Source: a virus
Direction: 5' to 3' (one strand)
Virus record (IMG/VR): IMGVR_UViG_3300046170_000502
Location: 64,001-128,000 of that record
Length of the DNA stretch: 64,000 nt
A program made the position numbers and the translations under genes. Under the pieces are notes generated by a model, which saw nothing but the letters and a program-made list of their open reading frames with translations, had not been told where the DNA came from and made no database searches. This document shows, one piece after another, positions 54,983 to 64,000 of this stretch. How positions within the stretch are numbered: position 1 is the first letter of the stretch; every line of letters begins with the position of its first letter.

Positions 54983-55927
54983 TTAATAAATTACGTCGGA
55001 GGTTCCGGTCTCTTTGTATGTAACTGTATACTTAACGGTATATCCTGATATTGTGTGCGGTCTCTTTACGAAAACTTTTTTAGCTTCATCGCTGTTAATT
55101 TGAACTGATGTATCTGGGTATAAATACATTATGTTATTATTTTCTGGATCATCTGTTCTATTTATATCGTAGGTCTCATCTATAGTGTGAAATTGTATAG
55201 GGTACGGAGATTCATTAAATATCAACACACTTTCTGCTAGGCCCATATCATATAATTCCGAAAAATCTTTAAGTTCGTAGGAGTTTATGGGGCTAGCTTT
55301 ATCGTTTTCCTGACGTAATCCATAAGCAGTATCCGTATGAAATACACCTTCAGAATGCTGCGGTCTAGAGGGGTCTGTATCCTCTGCGTGGATGAAATAA
55401 TTTGGATGCCCTGTCTCCGGTGTGCTTGGGTTGGTTCTCGCATTTGAGAAATGAGTATTATAGATATCATCCATAACGAATCTATCAATACCATAAGTAT
55501 CCCCAGAGTACGCGCCATGTCTATCGCTATCAGGTATGTTCTCTAGTAAAATGAAGTCCTCTTCAATTTTTTGATTAACCGTCTTCGTTAGCAATTTCCA
55601 TTCCTGGGTGTCTATTCTGTCGATATTTACTATCGCTCCGGTTTGACTTGCAATGCCAGAAGAAATTTCGGAAAGTAATCCTGATACCACATCCCCACCT
55701 AAGCCAACATTAATGGAACCTGATAGGCCTGATATTAGGTCTGACAGGTTCCCTATGTCTACGCTACCACTAGCTAAACCTAGATTTCCACCACCACCAC
55801 CACCAGCTGGTTCCCACCTACTTTCTCCGCTATTCCAGTTGTAACTAAAGACTGGCTGGGGAGACAGGTGGTCTAATTTTGTAATATCCGTATATAACGG
55901 ATTGTTTTTGAATCCTGAATTCGACAT
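54983..55927 (-). CDS. Hypothetical protein, probably structural
   Basis: 314 aa with a Gly linker; GTGTA motif upstream. Confidence 0.55.
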   Translation of the reverse strand: MSNSGFKNNPLYTDITKLDHLSPQPVFSYNWNSGESRWEPAGGGGGGNLGLASGSVDIGNLSDLISGLSGSINVGLGGDVVSGLLSEISSGIASQTGAIVNIDRIDTQEWKLLTKTVNQKIEEDFILLENIPDSDRHGAYSGDTYGIDRFVMDDIYNTHFSNARTNPSTPETGHPNYFIHAEDTDPSRPQHSEGVFHTDTAYGLRQENDKASPINSYELKDFSELYDMGLAESVLIFNESPYPIQFHTIDETYDINRTDDPENNNIMYLYPDTSVQINSDEAKKVFVKRPHTISGYTVKYTVTYKETGTSDVIY

Positions 55928-55939
55928 TTCAGGAGTTAT

Positions 55940-55944
55940 TACAC
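55940..55944 (-). promoter_or_regulatory. GTGTA putative late-promoter motif
   Basis: 12 nt before the ATG at 55927. Confidence 0.5.
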
Positions 55945-55950
55945 TTTTTT

Positions 55951-56295
55951 TTAGCCCCTATCTAGAGGATGCTTTAAACCTCTTCTTTTTTTACTATATT
56001 CCTTGAAGTATTTCTTCCTTAAGGGGTCGTAGCCAAGCTTATCCTCTCTTTTCTGGCTCATTTCCTTACTTTGGTCTATTATATCTCCGTATGTACCTTT
56101 TTGGTTTCCTGTTTTACTTATAAAACTATTATTGTCAAAAGGGTCTACCTTTGAATCTATATTTGCTTGCGGACTATGAAAAACCCTTTTCCATTGGACC
56201 CCTTTTTCGTCTACGTAAATATGTTCTTCATTCATGGTTTGAATGATATCTATAGTTTTTTCTGTCTCAGGGTGCTCGTATGTATACAAAGGCAT
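55951..56295 (-). CDS. FmdB-like ribbon protein (Cys-less variant)
   Basis: MPLYTYEHPET mirrors the FmdB MPxYEYxC start. Confidence 0.5.
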   Translation of the reverse strand: MPLYTYEHPETEKTIDIIQTMNEEHIYVDEKGVQWKRVFHSPQANIDSKVDPFDNNSFISKTGNQKGTYGDIIDQSKEMSQKREDKLGYDPLRKKYFKEYSKKRRGLKHPLDRG

Positions 56296-57350
56296 TATTC
56301 TAATATTTTTTCTAATGTATTTTTATATGTAAATTTTTCTTTCAATTTTATTCCTTCTTTATTATCTATCTTACATAGTTTTTCAGCTTTTTCCATAGCT
56401 GATATTAAATCATTTTCATTAAATGTATATATACTACCTTGATTGAAGTTAGATCCTTCATGAAAAAAAATGTTATCATAAACTTTTTCCTCGCCATTAG
56501 GCTCAACGAGTATGCAGTTTTCTTTGTTAGCCCAATCTTTATGGGAGGTGGAGTTTAAAACTATACTCCACTTTCCTAGACAGGTTGCGTTAAAAGAAGG
56601 GAGGTTCCAACCTTCGGCTCCGCTCATACCTCCTAAGTCGATATCTATTGAGTTTATAAAGTCATTAACTTGGCTGTTATGAGGCAGGAAAGGTAGGAAA
56701 TTAATATTCCCATATCTAGCGCCTCCTAGAAGATTGTTGATAAGGGATTCCATTTGCTCTTTCTTGAAAAAGGGGTTATTAATGCAACAGGTTAGTTGGT
56801 AGTTGTAATTATTTCCGTATTTCTTAATCCAGGTTTTTATTATTTTTTCAGTATGCTTTCTTTTTTCGAATTTACCCATTAAGCCGAAATGGATCTTATC
56901 GGGCATGTAGGATTTGTTTGTCTTATGAAAGTAGTTATCAAAGCCCAAAGGGGCGAAACTTGATCCTCTGAAACTGGATTGAGCATAGGAACTGCTAAAT
57001 ACAACTTTGTCTTGCATTTTAGCCAGGTTTATTTCGCTTTCAGTTGGTTGATTTAATTCGTAGAAGGTATAAAGAATTTGCTTTGAGGATATCCTATTTT
57101 CACAGCCGTTCAAGTGCCACATTTGGAGTGTTGTCGAATTTCTTTCTATTTTTTTATATCTATCATCTATAGATTCTTTAATCCATGATAAGAAGTCTTT
57201 ATCCTTATTATCGAAAGAGCTTAAATCAACTTTTCCTATAGGGAAGAAAGCTAGATCTAAATCTAATTTATACATTTCTTTTAGTAGGTTGATCGAAACA
57301 TTACCGAATGATAATGAATTTATTGGGCCTTTGTATATTATATTTTTCAT
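56295..57350 (-). CDS. GT-B (GT4-like) glycosyltransferase
   Basis: GKFEKRKH and GAEGWNLPSFNA. Confidence 0.78.
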   Translation of the reverse strand: MKNIIYKGPINSLSFGNVSINLLKEMYKLDLDLAFFPIGKVDLSSFDNKDKDFLSWIKESIDDRYKKIERNSTTLQMWHLNGCENRISSKQILYTFYELNQPTESEINLAKMQDKVVFSSSYAQSSFRGSSFAPLGFDNYFHKTNKSYMPDKIHFGLMGKFEKRKHTEKIIKTWIKKYGNNYNYQLTCCINNPFFKKEQMESLINNLLGGARYGNINFLPFLPHNSQVNDFINSIDIDLGGMSGAEGWNLPSFNATCLGKWSIVLNSTSHKDWANKENCILVEPNGEEKVYDNIFFHEGSNFNQGSIYTFNENDLISAMEKAEKLCKIDNKEGIKLKEKFTYKNTLEKILE

Positions 57351-57352
57351 AT

Positions 57353-57736
57353 TTAGAATGGTATGTCCGCGAACTCGTCTTCTTGGATTATTTTATCGGC
57401 CACTTCTTCGGCTTTTGTTTGTTGTTTATCCTCTTTGTGTTTATCTAAAAATGTAACTATATCCCCAACACAGTATATTTTATTCCTCTTTTCTCCGGAT
57501 TGAGATGTCCATGATGATTGTTGTAGTCTACCCTCTATTAAAACTTTTCTACCTTTCGATAGAAATCTATTGCAATTTTCTGCAACTTTGTTCCATGTTT
57601 CGATATCCATAAAGACCGTCGAGCCACTAACTATATTTGTGATACCTATGGAGAATTCACATACATTTTTGCCACTTTTTGTTTTTTTGAATATTGGGTC
57701 TTTGGTCAAGTACCCTAATCCTATAAATTTATTCAA
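57353..57736 (-). CDS. ssb: Single-stranded DNA-binding protein
   Basis: NKFIGLGYLTKDP, DIETWNKVAE, KGRKVLIEGRL and the acidic tail EFADIPF; TTG start. Confidence 0.92.
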   Translation of the reverse strand: MNKFIGLGYLTKDPIFKKTKSGKNVCEFSIGITNIVSGSTVFMDIETWNKVAENCNRFLSKGRKVLIEGRLQQSSWTSQSGEKRNKIYCVGDIVTFLDKHKEDKQQTKAEEVADKIIQEDEFADIPF

Positions 57737-57737
57737 G

Positions 57738-58340
57738 TTATGATCCTCCTTCTATTTCTTCGTTTAACTCGTCTTGTATGTAATTTACCACTGAGTTATG
57801 TATGTTTATACAACCTTGTATACTAAGGTTCATCTTTGATCCGATATCTTTCCATGGCATAACTTTATTCCTCTGTCCTATAATATACCTCATGTTGAAT
57901 ATTTTTTCAACCCTTTTATCTGGGTGCTTCGAGATTAATGACAGAACCTTGTTAAATAGATCCCTCTTTATATTTGATTCTATTGAGTTTTCGTGAGGAT
58001 CGTTATTTTCTGGCATGTTTTCTATATTTTCTGCATGAAATGCTGGCCTACGCTTATTCTTGTTGTAGCTATTGAGGCACATCCACTTGGTTTCATTTCC
58101 GAGATAAGTGCTGAATTTCGCACCTTTAGTTTTGTCGAATTTTAATGCTGCGCTGTAGATTTTATATTCTTTATCTTTTATCAATTCACCATAGTTTGCG
58201 AATTGATTATCAGGGCTAGAGTAGCTATTGACCATATCTAGGTATATGCCACTGTGCCTGTCTATTAACATAGATAAGCTTTTTTCAGTATTAACATCTG
58301 CTTGAATGTTTTCTATTAAGTTCTCGTCTGATATTTCCAT
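57738..58340 (-). CDS. Phage sigma-70-family sigma factor
   Basis: Region 2-like KFDKTKGAKFSTY; region 4 HTH MPWKDIGSKMNLSIQGCINIH. Confidence 0.78.
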   Translation of the reverse strand: MEISDENLIENIQADVNTEKSLSMLIDRHSGIYLDMVNSYSSPDNQFANYGELIKDKEYKIYSAALKFDKTKGAKFSTYLGNETKWMCLNSYNKNKRRPAFHAENIENMPENNDPHENSIESNIKRDLFNKVLSLISKHPDKRVEKIFNMRYIIGQRNKVMPWKDIGSKMNLSIQGCINIHNSVVNYIQDELNEEIEGGS

Positions 58341-58891
58341 TAGTTTATAATTGTTTTTAAAATTTCTCTAACCGCCGATTCTTGGTTTTTGCGGATGTTA
58401 TCCCTAAAGTCCTCCCATGTGATTTTATGTCTTGATTTTGCGCGCAGAATCGGATCATTTTTTGTCTCGTCTTCGTTAGGTGGAGAGATTCCTTTTCTTG
58501 TTATATGTATTGACTCACCCCCTATATCATGAACCCAGTTTATCTCATTCGGGAACCTAACGTCAGTTATAAAAACTAACTTTCCTGATTTTACTTCGCT
58601 TTTTACGCTATCGTTGATTTTATCAATCCAGCAATTTTCATCAAGCTTTCTTCTTATATGAGTTCCGTAGGTCACCAAGAAAGGTCTAATTAAAGCTTTC
58701 TCTTCTGAGTTTTCGGTAAACGCTGAAATATTTACATTCCTAATTAGAAAAGGGTCACATTCATGTTTTAAGCAGTCAGCGAAGGCGTACCTTTTGTGCT
58801 TTATGCCCATTTGCTTAAGCATAGGTTTTGATATTTCATAAAACGAATCTTTTCCGCTTCTTGCTAATCCAGATATTCCTACAACTTTCAT
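58340..58891 (-). CDS. Deoxynucleoside monophosphate kinase (T4 gp1-like)
   Basis: GLARSGKDS, FADCLK and ITDVRFPNE. Confidence 0.85.
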   Translation of the reverse strand: MKVVGISGLARSGKDSFYEISKPMLKQMGIKHKRYAFADCLKHECDPFLIRNVNISAFTENSEEKALIRPFLVTYGTHIRRKLDENCWIDKINDSVKSEVKSGKLVFITDVRFPNEINWVHDIGGESIHITRKGISPPNEDETKNDPILRAKSRHKITWEDFRDNIRKNQESAVREILKTIIN

Positions 58892-58892
58892 G

Positions 58893-59189
58893 CTATGCTC
58901 CGAAGATGTATCTCACATCGTTGGACAACTCGTAGAGTCCCGCGTTGGCTAACATCATTGATACTGAATGATAGGATATTAGTTCATCGTATTCTTCTTC
59001 CATCGCATCTGGTTTTAACTCATGAGATATCATAACGGATGATAACTCTAAGCTTTTCCCCTTGCGAAGTAACATTTCTTTGAGCGCCTCGGTGCAGGCC
59101 TCTTGCTCGTCGTAGGCTTCAATTATGACCGACCAACTAGAACATCTTATCATAAAGTATTTATTTTCACTTAGGTCTATAAATTTCAT
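58893..59189 (-). CDS. Hypothetical protein
   Basis: Start reassigned to MKFID (59189), 7 nt after a consensus promoter. Confidence 0.6.
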   Translation of the reverse strand: MKFIDLSENKYFMIRCSSWSVIIEAYDEQEACTEALKEMLLRKGKSLELSSVMISHELKPDAMEEEYDELISYHSVSMMLANAGLYELSNDVRYIFGA

Positions 59190-59196
59190 TGTTACT

Positions 59197-59225
59197 ACTT
59201 TACCACATAAAAGATTATTTGTCAA
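59197..59225 (-). promoter_or_regulatory. Sigma70-type promoter, near-leaderless
   Basis: TTGACA-17 nt-TAAAGT with extended TG. Confidence 0.7.
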
Positions 59226-59285
59226 TATTTTTATATATTATATATATTATTTTAAAATATATCATTATTCCTATACTATTAACAT

Positions 59286-59325
59286 CGTTCAATTTTTTGA
59301 ATGTCCCACGTTCATTTTTTTGAAT
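59286..59325. repeat. Two 17-bp direct repeats, each containing TTCA-N6-TGAA
   Basis: CGTTCAATTTTTTGAAT (59286) and CGTTCATTTTTTTGAAT (59309), period 23 bp. Confidence 0.8.
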
Positions 59326-59330
59326 TTAAC

Positions 59331-59359
59331 TTGACTAAAAAACATTTTTACTGTATGAT
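59331..59359 (+). promoter_or_regulatory. Sigma70-type promoter, near-leaderless
   Basis: TTGACT-17 nt-TATGAT with extended TG, 8 nt before the ATG at 59368. Confidence 0.75.
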
Positions 59360-59367
59360 AATTGCAT

Positions 59368-59679
59368 ATGAAGAAATTTATACAAGTTCCAGTAGAAATT
59401 CAAAACGACGTAATAGATGGTAAACTAATAGGAAACGACTTATTAATTTATAACTACCTAGTAATTAAAGCTGGACACGGAAAGCCGATTTACTATTCAA
59501 ACGAGAAGATAGGGGAAGACTTAGGTGGAATGTCCTACGGGAAGATATCTGCAAGCTTAAATAGACTAATGAAAGCTAAACATATAAAAAGAAGAAAAAC
59601 TTGCAATAAAACAGAAACACAGCTAAGGACAGTAATAAGGGATTCTAATAACATTTTAATAAGAGGGCAGAAGAAATGA
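59368..59679 (+). CDS. Winged-helix DNA-binding protein (replication-initiator N-terminal-like)
   Basis: DLLIYNYL...YYSNEKIGEDLGGMSYGKISASLNRLMKAKHIKR. Confidence 0.6.
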   Translation: MKKFIQVPVEIQNDVIDGKLIGNDLLIYNYLVIKAGHGKPIYYSNEKIGEDLGGMSYGKISASLNRLMKAKHIKRRKTCNKTETQLRTVIRDSNNILIRGQKK

Positions 59680-60389
59680 AAACAGCTTTATGTTTTAGTG
59701 GTAAATTAGGCAAATGGGAGCTAACTAAAAAATCAATTCTTGAAAAAATAATAAAGCCCTTAAAACCTGATATATTTCTTAGTACATGGAAAAATGAAAA
59801 TTTTAAAGAATTTATCAGCTTCTATAAACCCAAAAAAATAGAAATATTAAATTTCGAAGACTGTAAAAAAGATATTTTCGGAAAAAACTGCAACCAGAAA
59901 CTAGGCTTAAGACCTATGTGTTATGGCATGTCCAGGAGCTTCAGCCTAATCTCAAGAAAATATAAGGATTACGATCTAATAATTAGATTAAGACCGGACC
60001 TAGAGATCATCGATTCACTTAAGAGGCATGAGATAAAAACCAATAAATACATAAAACTACCATTTTACGAAAGCCATTCGATATACAATCATGAAAAAGA
60101 GCTATCTAAGGGCATGTCATTTAGTTTCGTTTTTGAAAAATCAATATTACCCAATCAAATCAATGACCAGATAGCTTTGGGCCCACCTCAATTAATGAAG
60201 CAGTACATGAATTGCTTTAATTTAATCGACCACGCAGTGGAGTTCCTAAAGAATAACGGCTACCCAAGTTACATGTCAGAGGTTCCAGAGAGTGTATTAA
60301 CTATGTGCTTAAAGCTTAACAACATTCATTACGCAAGGTTGTCGGGCACTTCTGACTTCGGTAACCTAAAGGTAAAACTAACTAAATGA
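59676..60389 (+). CDS. Putative glycosyltransferase/polysaccharide-locus protein
   Basis: KTALCFSG..., YDLIIRLRPDL, NDQIALG and PES motifs are typical of capsule-locus proteins. Confidence 0.55.
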   Translation: MKTALCFSGKLGKWELTKKSILEKIIKPLKPDIFLSTWKNENFKEFISFYKPKKIEILNFEDCKKDIFGKNCNQKLGLRPMCYGMSRSFSLISRKYKDYDLIIRLRPDLEIIDSLKRHEIKTNKYIKLPFYESHSIYNHEKELSKGMSFSFVFEKSILPNQINDQIALGPPQLMKQYMNCFNLIDHAVEFLKNNGYPSYMSEVPESVLTMCLKLNNIHYARLSGTSDFGNLKVKLTK

Positions 60390-61762
60390 TTAAGCTTATA
60401 ATATTCGACCTGGATGGTGTTTTAGTTGAATCAAGAAACCTTCACTACATTTGCCTAAATAAAGCCTTGGAAGAAATTGACCCAAGCTTTTCAATAAACA
60501 AAGAAGAGCATCTCTGCAAATACGACGCTCTAACCACAACACAAAAACTCAATAAACTAACAAAAGAAAAAGGTCTCCCCAGAAACCTCCACGATAAAGT
60601 CTGGAGGATCAAGCAAGAAAAAACAATTGATCAAATCAATTCTTACGACAAGGATCAAAGGATAATATCTATCTTAAAAAAACTAAAACAAAAGGGTTAT
60701 AAGTTAGCGTGCGCAACAAACTCTATCAGGGAAACTTCTAAATTAATTTTAATTAAAAAAGGTTTCTTCGACTATATAGATTTACTATATTCTAACGAGG
60801 ACGTAAACAACCCAAAGCCTAGCGCAGAGGTCTATATGAGGTGTATGATAAAGCTCGGCGTAAACCCTGACGAGTCAATCATAATTGAAGATTCGCACAT
60901 AGGCCGTAAGGCGGCAATCAGGAGTGGAGCTCACTTATGCGCAGTAAAGGATTCGAGTGACTTGACTTTTGATAAAATTAATAATACTATAGTTGATGCA
61001 GATAAAAAAACGCAAATTTCACCAAAATGGCAAGGAGGTAAAATGAATGTTCTGATACCGATGGCAGGTGCCGGTTCAAGGTTTGAGCGGGCAGGGTATA
61101 CCTTTCCGAAGCCTCTTATAGATATAAACGGTAAACCTATGATACAAAGGGTTGTCGAGAATTTAAATATTGACGCAAGGCATATATTTATAGTTCAAAA
61201 GCACCACTATGAAAAATATTCATTAAAACATACATTGAATCTAATATCACCGAATTGCGAGATAGTTCAAGTGGAAGGAGTAACCGAAGGGGCAGCCTGC
61301 ACGACACTACTAGCAAAAAAGTTTATAAACAATGAAGAACCCTTAGTGCTAGCAAACTCTGATCAATACGTAGACTGGGACAGTAATCAATTCATGTATT
61401 CATGCATGGCTGACAACATAGACGGATCGATACTAACCTTCAATTCAACTCACCCAAAGTGGAGTTACGCCAAGTTAAATAACGAGGGGCTCGTCATTGA
61501 AGTCGCAGAGAAAAAACCGATTAGTAATAATGCTACAGTAGGAATATACTTCTGGAAGAGGGGCCTAGATTACGTACGTTGCGCGGAATCTATGATAGAA
61601 AAAGATATAAGAGTTAATAATGAATTCTACGTTTGCCCTACTTACAATGAGGCATTACTTATTGGAGGGAGAATAAAAACTTTCCATATTGAAAAAATGT
61701 GGGGACTCGGAACCCCAGAAGATCTTGAGGCATTTCTTAAGCATGATCCTTGTAGCTCATAG
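60386..61762 (+). CDS. HAD phosphatase fused to a sugar-phosphate nucleotidyltransferase
   Basis: DLDGVL, KPS and EDS (HAD); IPMAGAGSRF..PKPLI, EGAACT, NSDQ, EKKPIS and EFYV (NTP transferase). Confidence 0.88.
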   Translation: MIKLIIFDLDGVLVESRNLHYICLNKALEEIDPSFSINKEEHLCKYDALTTTQKLNKLTKEKGLPRNLHDKVWRIKQEKTIDQINSYDKDQRIISILKKLKQKGYKLACATNSIRETSKLILIKKGFFDYIDLLYSNEDVNNPKPSAEVYMRCMIKLGVNPDESIIIEDSHIGRKAAIRSGAHLCAVKDSSDLTFDKINNTIVDADKKTQISPKWQGGKMNVLIPMAGAGSRFERAGYTFPKPLIDINGKPMIQRVVENLNIDARHIFIVQKHHYEKYSLKHTLNLISPNCEIVQVEGVTEGAACTTLLAKKFINNEEPLVLANSDQYVDWDSNQFMYSCMADNIDGSILTFNSTHPKWSYAKLNNEGLVIEVAEKKPISNNATVGIYFWKRGLDYVRCAESMIEKDIRVNNEFYVCPTYNEALLIGGRIKTFHIEKMWGLGTPEDLEAFLKHDPCSS

Positions 61763-62165
61763 GGGAAATATCAACGGGCCAAACCCGGAAAAAGAAAACT
61801 CAATAGAGTATATAGAAAGTGCAATCAAGCAAGGTTTTGATGTCGAAATAGACCTATGGGCCAAAGAGAAGCTTTGGCTGGGTCACGACAAGCCCCAGTA
61901 TGAGTGCCCAACAGAATTTCTAATAAAAAACAGCAACAAACTCTGGATTCATTGTAAAAATCTAGAAGCTATGGATATACTCGCCGAATTTAGAACATTG
62001 AACTTCTTCTGGCACGAGTCTGATGATTTCACATTAACTTCGAAAAAATTCATATGGACATATCCGGGCAAAATGGTTTGCAATAAAAGCGTACTAGTAG
62101 TAGAGGATGCTAGGCAATACTCGGGGCAGATATGTTTTGGATTATGCTCTGATTATTTAAGGTGA
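61743..62165 (+). CDS. Glycerophosphodiester phosphodiesterase-like protein
   Basis: AHRGN...EN, EIDLW, LGHD and WIHCKN; start at MILVAHRG. Confidence 0.75.
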   Translation: MILVAHRGNINGPNPEKENSIEYIESAIKQGFDVEIDLWAKEKLWLGHDKPQYECPTEFLIKNSNKLWIHCKNLEAMDILAEFRTLNFFWHESDDFTLTSKKFIWTYPGKMVCNKSVLVVEDARQYSGQICFGLCSDYLR

Positions 62166-63043
62166 AATACTGGAACCCGCACAACCTAAAAGATGAATAC
62201 GGAAATCCAGTTGATTACGTACCCAATTTTACAAATCTCCAACTAACACTCCAAAATAACCTTCTAAAAAAATTTGAAGAGCTTGAAAATAAAATATCAA
62301 TAATCATCCAAGGTCCACTAAATAAAAGGTCAATTAATACGATACCTCGTTATTTAAATTGCGGCGAAGTTGTACTAAGCTACTGGGATCAGGACGACAA
62401 AAAACTTCTAGAAAAGGTAAGCGGAAAAGTGAAATTAGTTGAAAATAAAATAAAAGACGTATCCCCCTTTCTATTTAAAACAAGAAATAAAAATCCATTC
62501 GCATACCAATACTTCACCACATTAAATGGATTAAAGTCCGCGAGCTCAAATCTAGCAATTAAAACTAGATCCGACGAATCATACCCCGACTTAAATCCTT
62601 TCATAAAAAATATGAAAGATAATATGAATTTCAAAAATAAAGATGGATCTTACAATTGGTTTAAGTTAACATGTTGTAATATATATTTCAGAAAAGATAA
62701 AGAATTTAAATTCCACCCATCAGATCACCTTATAGGCGGAAATAGATCTAGATTAATAAATACATTCGAAAAATGTTTACACAAATGTAAATTCGGCCAA
62801 ACTAAATACACAACACCAGAACAGCTAATAGGAACAAGCGCCATTGAGACCTATTTTGACCCACTGTTGAAGAAAAACGATATAGCTAACCCAACAATTT
62901 CATCAAGCCTAATGAAGAAGCATTTCTCAATAGTTAGGATAAAAGATCTACCAAAATGCACTTGGACATCGAGCTACAGGCAATACCACGAACTAAAAGG
63001 GGAAGAGGACTGGTGTCACAGTATTAACGAAATAGATAGTTGA
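62162..63043 (+). CDS. WavE-like LPS/polysaccharide synthesis protein
   Basis: ISIIIQGP, VLSYW, QYFTTLNGL, IKTRSDE and FHPSDHLIGG. Confidence 0.6.
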   Translation: MKYWNPHNLKDEYGNPVDYVPNFTNLQLTLQNNLLKKFEELENKISIIIQGPLNKRSINTIPRYLNCGEVVLSYWDQDDKKLLEKVSGKVKLVENKIKDVSPFLFKTRNKNPFAYQYFTTLNGLKSASSNLAIKTRSDESYPDLNPFIKNMKDNMNFKNKDGSYNWFKLTCCNIYFRKDKEFKFHPSDHLIGGNRSRLINTFEKCLHKCKFGQTKYTTPEQLIGTSAIETYFDPLLKKNDIANPTISSSLMKKHFSIVRIKDLPKCTWTSSYRQYHELKGEEDWCHSINEIDS

Positions 63044-63088
63044 GAAAATTGTAAAAACTCATAATATCATTATATTATTTAAACTATT

Positions 63089-63661
63089 ATGAGCATATCA
63101 CTATACAAACCAAACAGCAAAAACGCGGGTTGCGCGTTTAAATTTTCAATCGGTCAAAACAAAAAAAAAGAACCAACTCTTTACGTTAGCGCGATCCAGC
63201 AGTATAGCTGGGATGATACTAAAAAAATCGGAAGCTTCTCCGGTAATGGGGACGATCCAGATAAAAAAATTAGCTTAAAGTTTTCAGAATTCGAGGTGGG
63301 AGGTATGATTAGTTCCTTCAAAAATAGGAATGAGTATTCATCATTTCACTCTTACGACACAAACAAAACCTCAATAAAATATACCCCCTGGGATAAAAAA
63401 TCAAAAGTAAAGAGGGGGGACAAAGAAGAGTGGATAACCCTACCAGCATTCGGTATCACTTTTGTTAGAAATGGAAATCAAACATTCAGAATACCGCTTG
63501 AGCCGGGTGAGGTGGAGAACCTAATTACCTTCTTTAAATTCTTTTTAAGTACCTTGTACTCATATAGAAGGGAACAGGAAGCGATCTCTCTTGAAGAATA
63601 CAGGTCAAAAAACAACACAACTCAAGGCTCTAATAATCAAGAAGATGATGCCCCTTTTTAA
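63089..63661 (+). CDS. Hypothetical protein, possibly Whirly/PC4-like ssDNA-binding
   Basis: Duplicated beta-beta-beta-beta-alpha pattern (..KFSEFEVGGMI / ..PLEPGEVENLI) and an acidic DDAPF tail. Confidence 0.45.
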   Translation: MSISLYKPNSKNAGCAFKFSIGQNKKKEPTLYVSAIQQYSWDDTKKIGSFSGNGDDPDKKISLKFSEFEVGGMISSFKNRNEYSSFHSYDTNKTSIKYTPWDKKSKVKRGDKEEWITLPAFGITFVRNGNQTFRIPLEPGEVENLITFFKFFLSTLYSYRREQEAISLEEYRSKNNTTQGSNNQEDDAPF

Positions 63662-64000
63662 TGAAAAAGAAAAAGGTATTAATCCACAGCAACCACTGTA
63701 AGGCTCTTACTGGTTTTGGTAAGCATACTAAAAATATACTTATATACTTACAGAAAACAGGTAAGTACGAATTAGTTGAACTCTCGAATGGGGTAAAACA
63801 GGGTGACCCTTCACTTAAAAAACTCCCATGGACTTGCGAGGGCTCTCTACCAAATGATCCAAATTTACTAAAAAAGTTAAATAAAGATCCTAAGTTAGCG
63901 AGGAATGTGAGCTACGGCTCCGAAATGGTTGATAAAATAATAGAACGAGAAAAACCTGATGTCTATATAGGGATAGAGGATATTTGGGCTTTTTCGGGAT
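63661..64000 (+). CDS. GT-B glycosyltransferase N-terminal domain (truncated by the window end)
   Basis: Open frame MKKKKVLIHSNHCKALTGFGKHTKNI...EKPDVYIGIEDIW; TAATG overlap with the previous stop. Confidence 0.65.
   Translation, partial: MKKKKVLIHSNHCKALTGFGKHTKNILIYLQKTGKYELVELSNGVKQGDPSLKKLPWTCEGSLPNDPNLLKKLNKDPKLARNVSYGSEMVDKIIEREKPDVYIGIEDIWAFSG

Noticed and set aside
1275-62634. Numerous 60-165 aa antisense or alternate-frame ORFs in the track (e.g. 3701, 10940, 41897, 49621, 52052)
   Set aside because: They are shadows of well-supported genes or by-products of repeats, with no motifs, promoters or RBS.
1-64000. Stop-codon reassignment
   Set aside because: Long ORFs tile the window under code 11, and TAA, TGA and TAG all terminate recognisable genes at expected lengths.
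1-64000. Bacterial chromosome or prophage interpretation
   Set aside because: There are no rRNA, ribosomal-protein or integrase genes. Portal-like and fibre genes, split dnaE, a T4-like dNMP kinase and a uniform promoter grammar indicate a large phage.

Overview
This is a 64 kb AT-rich, gene-dense segment of a large tailed (Caudoviricetes) phage genome. It has no rRNA, tRNA or CRISPR array and uses standard genetic code 11. The host is probably a PVC-superphylum bacterium (Verrucomicrobia/Planctomycetes), inferred from a DUF1549/DUF1553 + DUF1501 pair, a TorF-like porin and a ClpC. Replication and nucleotide genes: DNA polymerase III alpha split into PHP, DEDDh exonuclease and polymerase-core genes; an RNR whose beta subunit has class Ic signatures; primase, DnaB, RecA, SSB, PD-(D/E)XK nuclease, dNMP kinase and a sigma factor. 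Chaperones: ClpC, Hsp20 and a J-domain protein. Structural genes: a probable portal protein, three GNVGIGTTxP-repeat fibre genes with S74 chaperones (one frameshifted) and two tandem-repeat stalk proteins. About 14 glycan synthesis or modification genes lie in three clusters plus a singleton. Two promoter classes are visible: leaderless sigma70-type promoters before replication genes, and a GTGTA motif 9-12 nt before the starts of structural/late units. All family assignments come from motif recognition only; no database searches were run.
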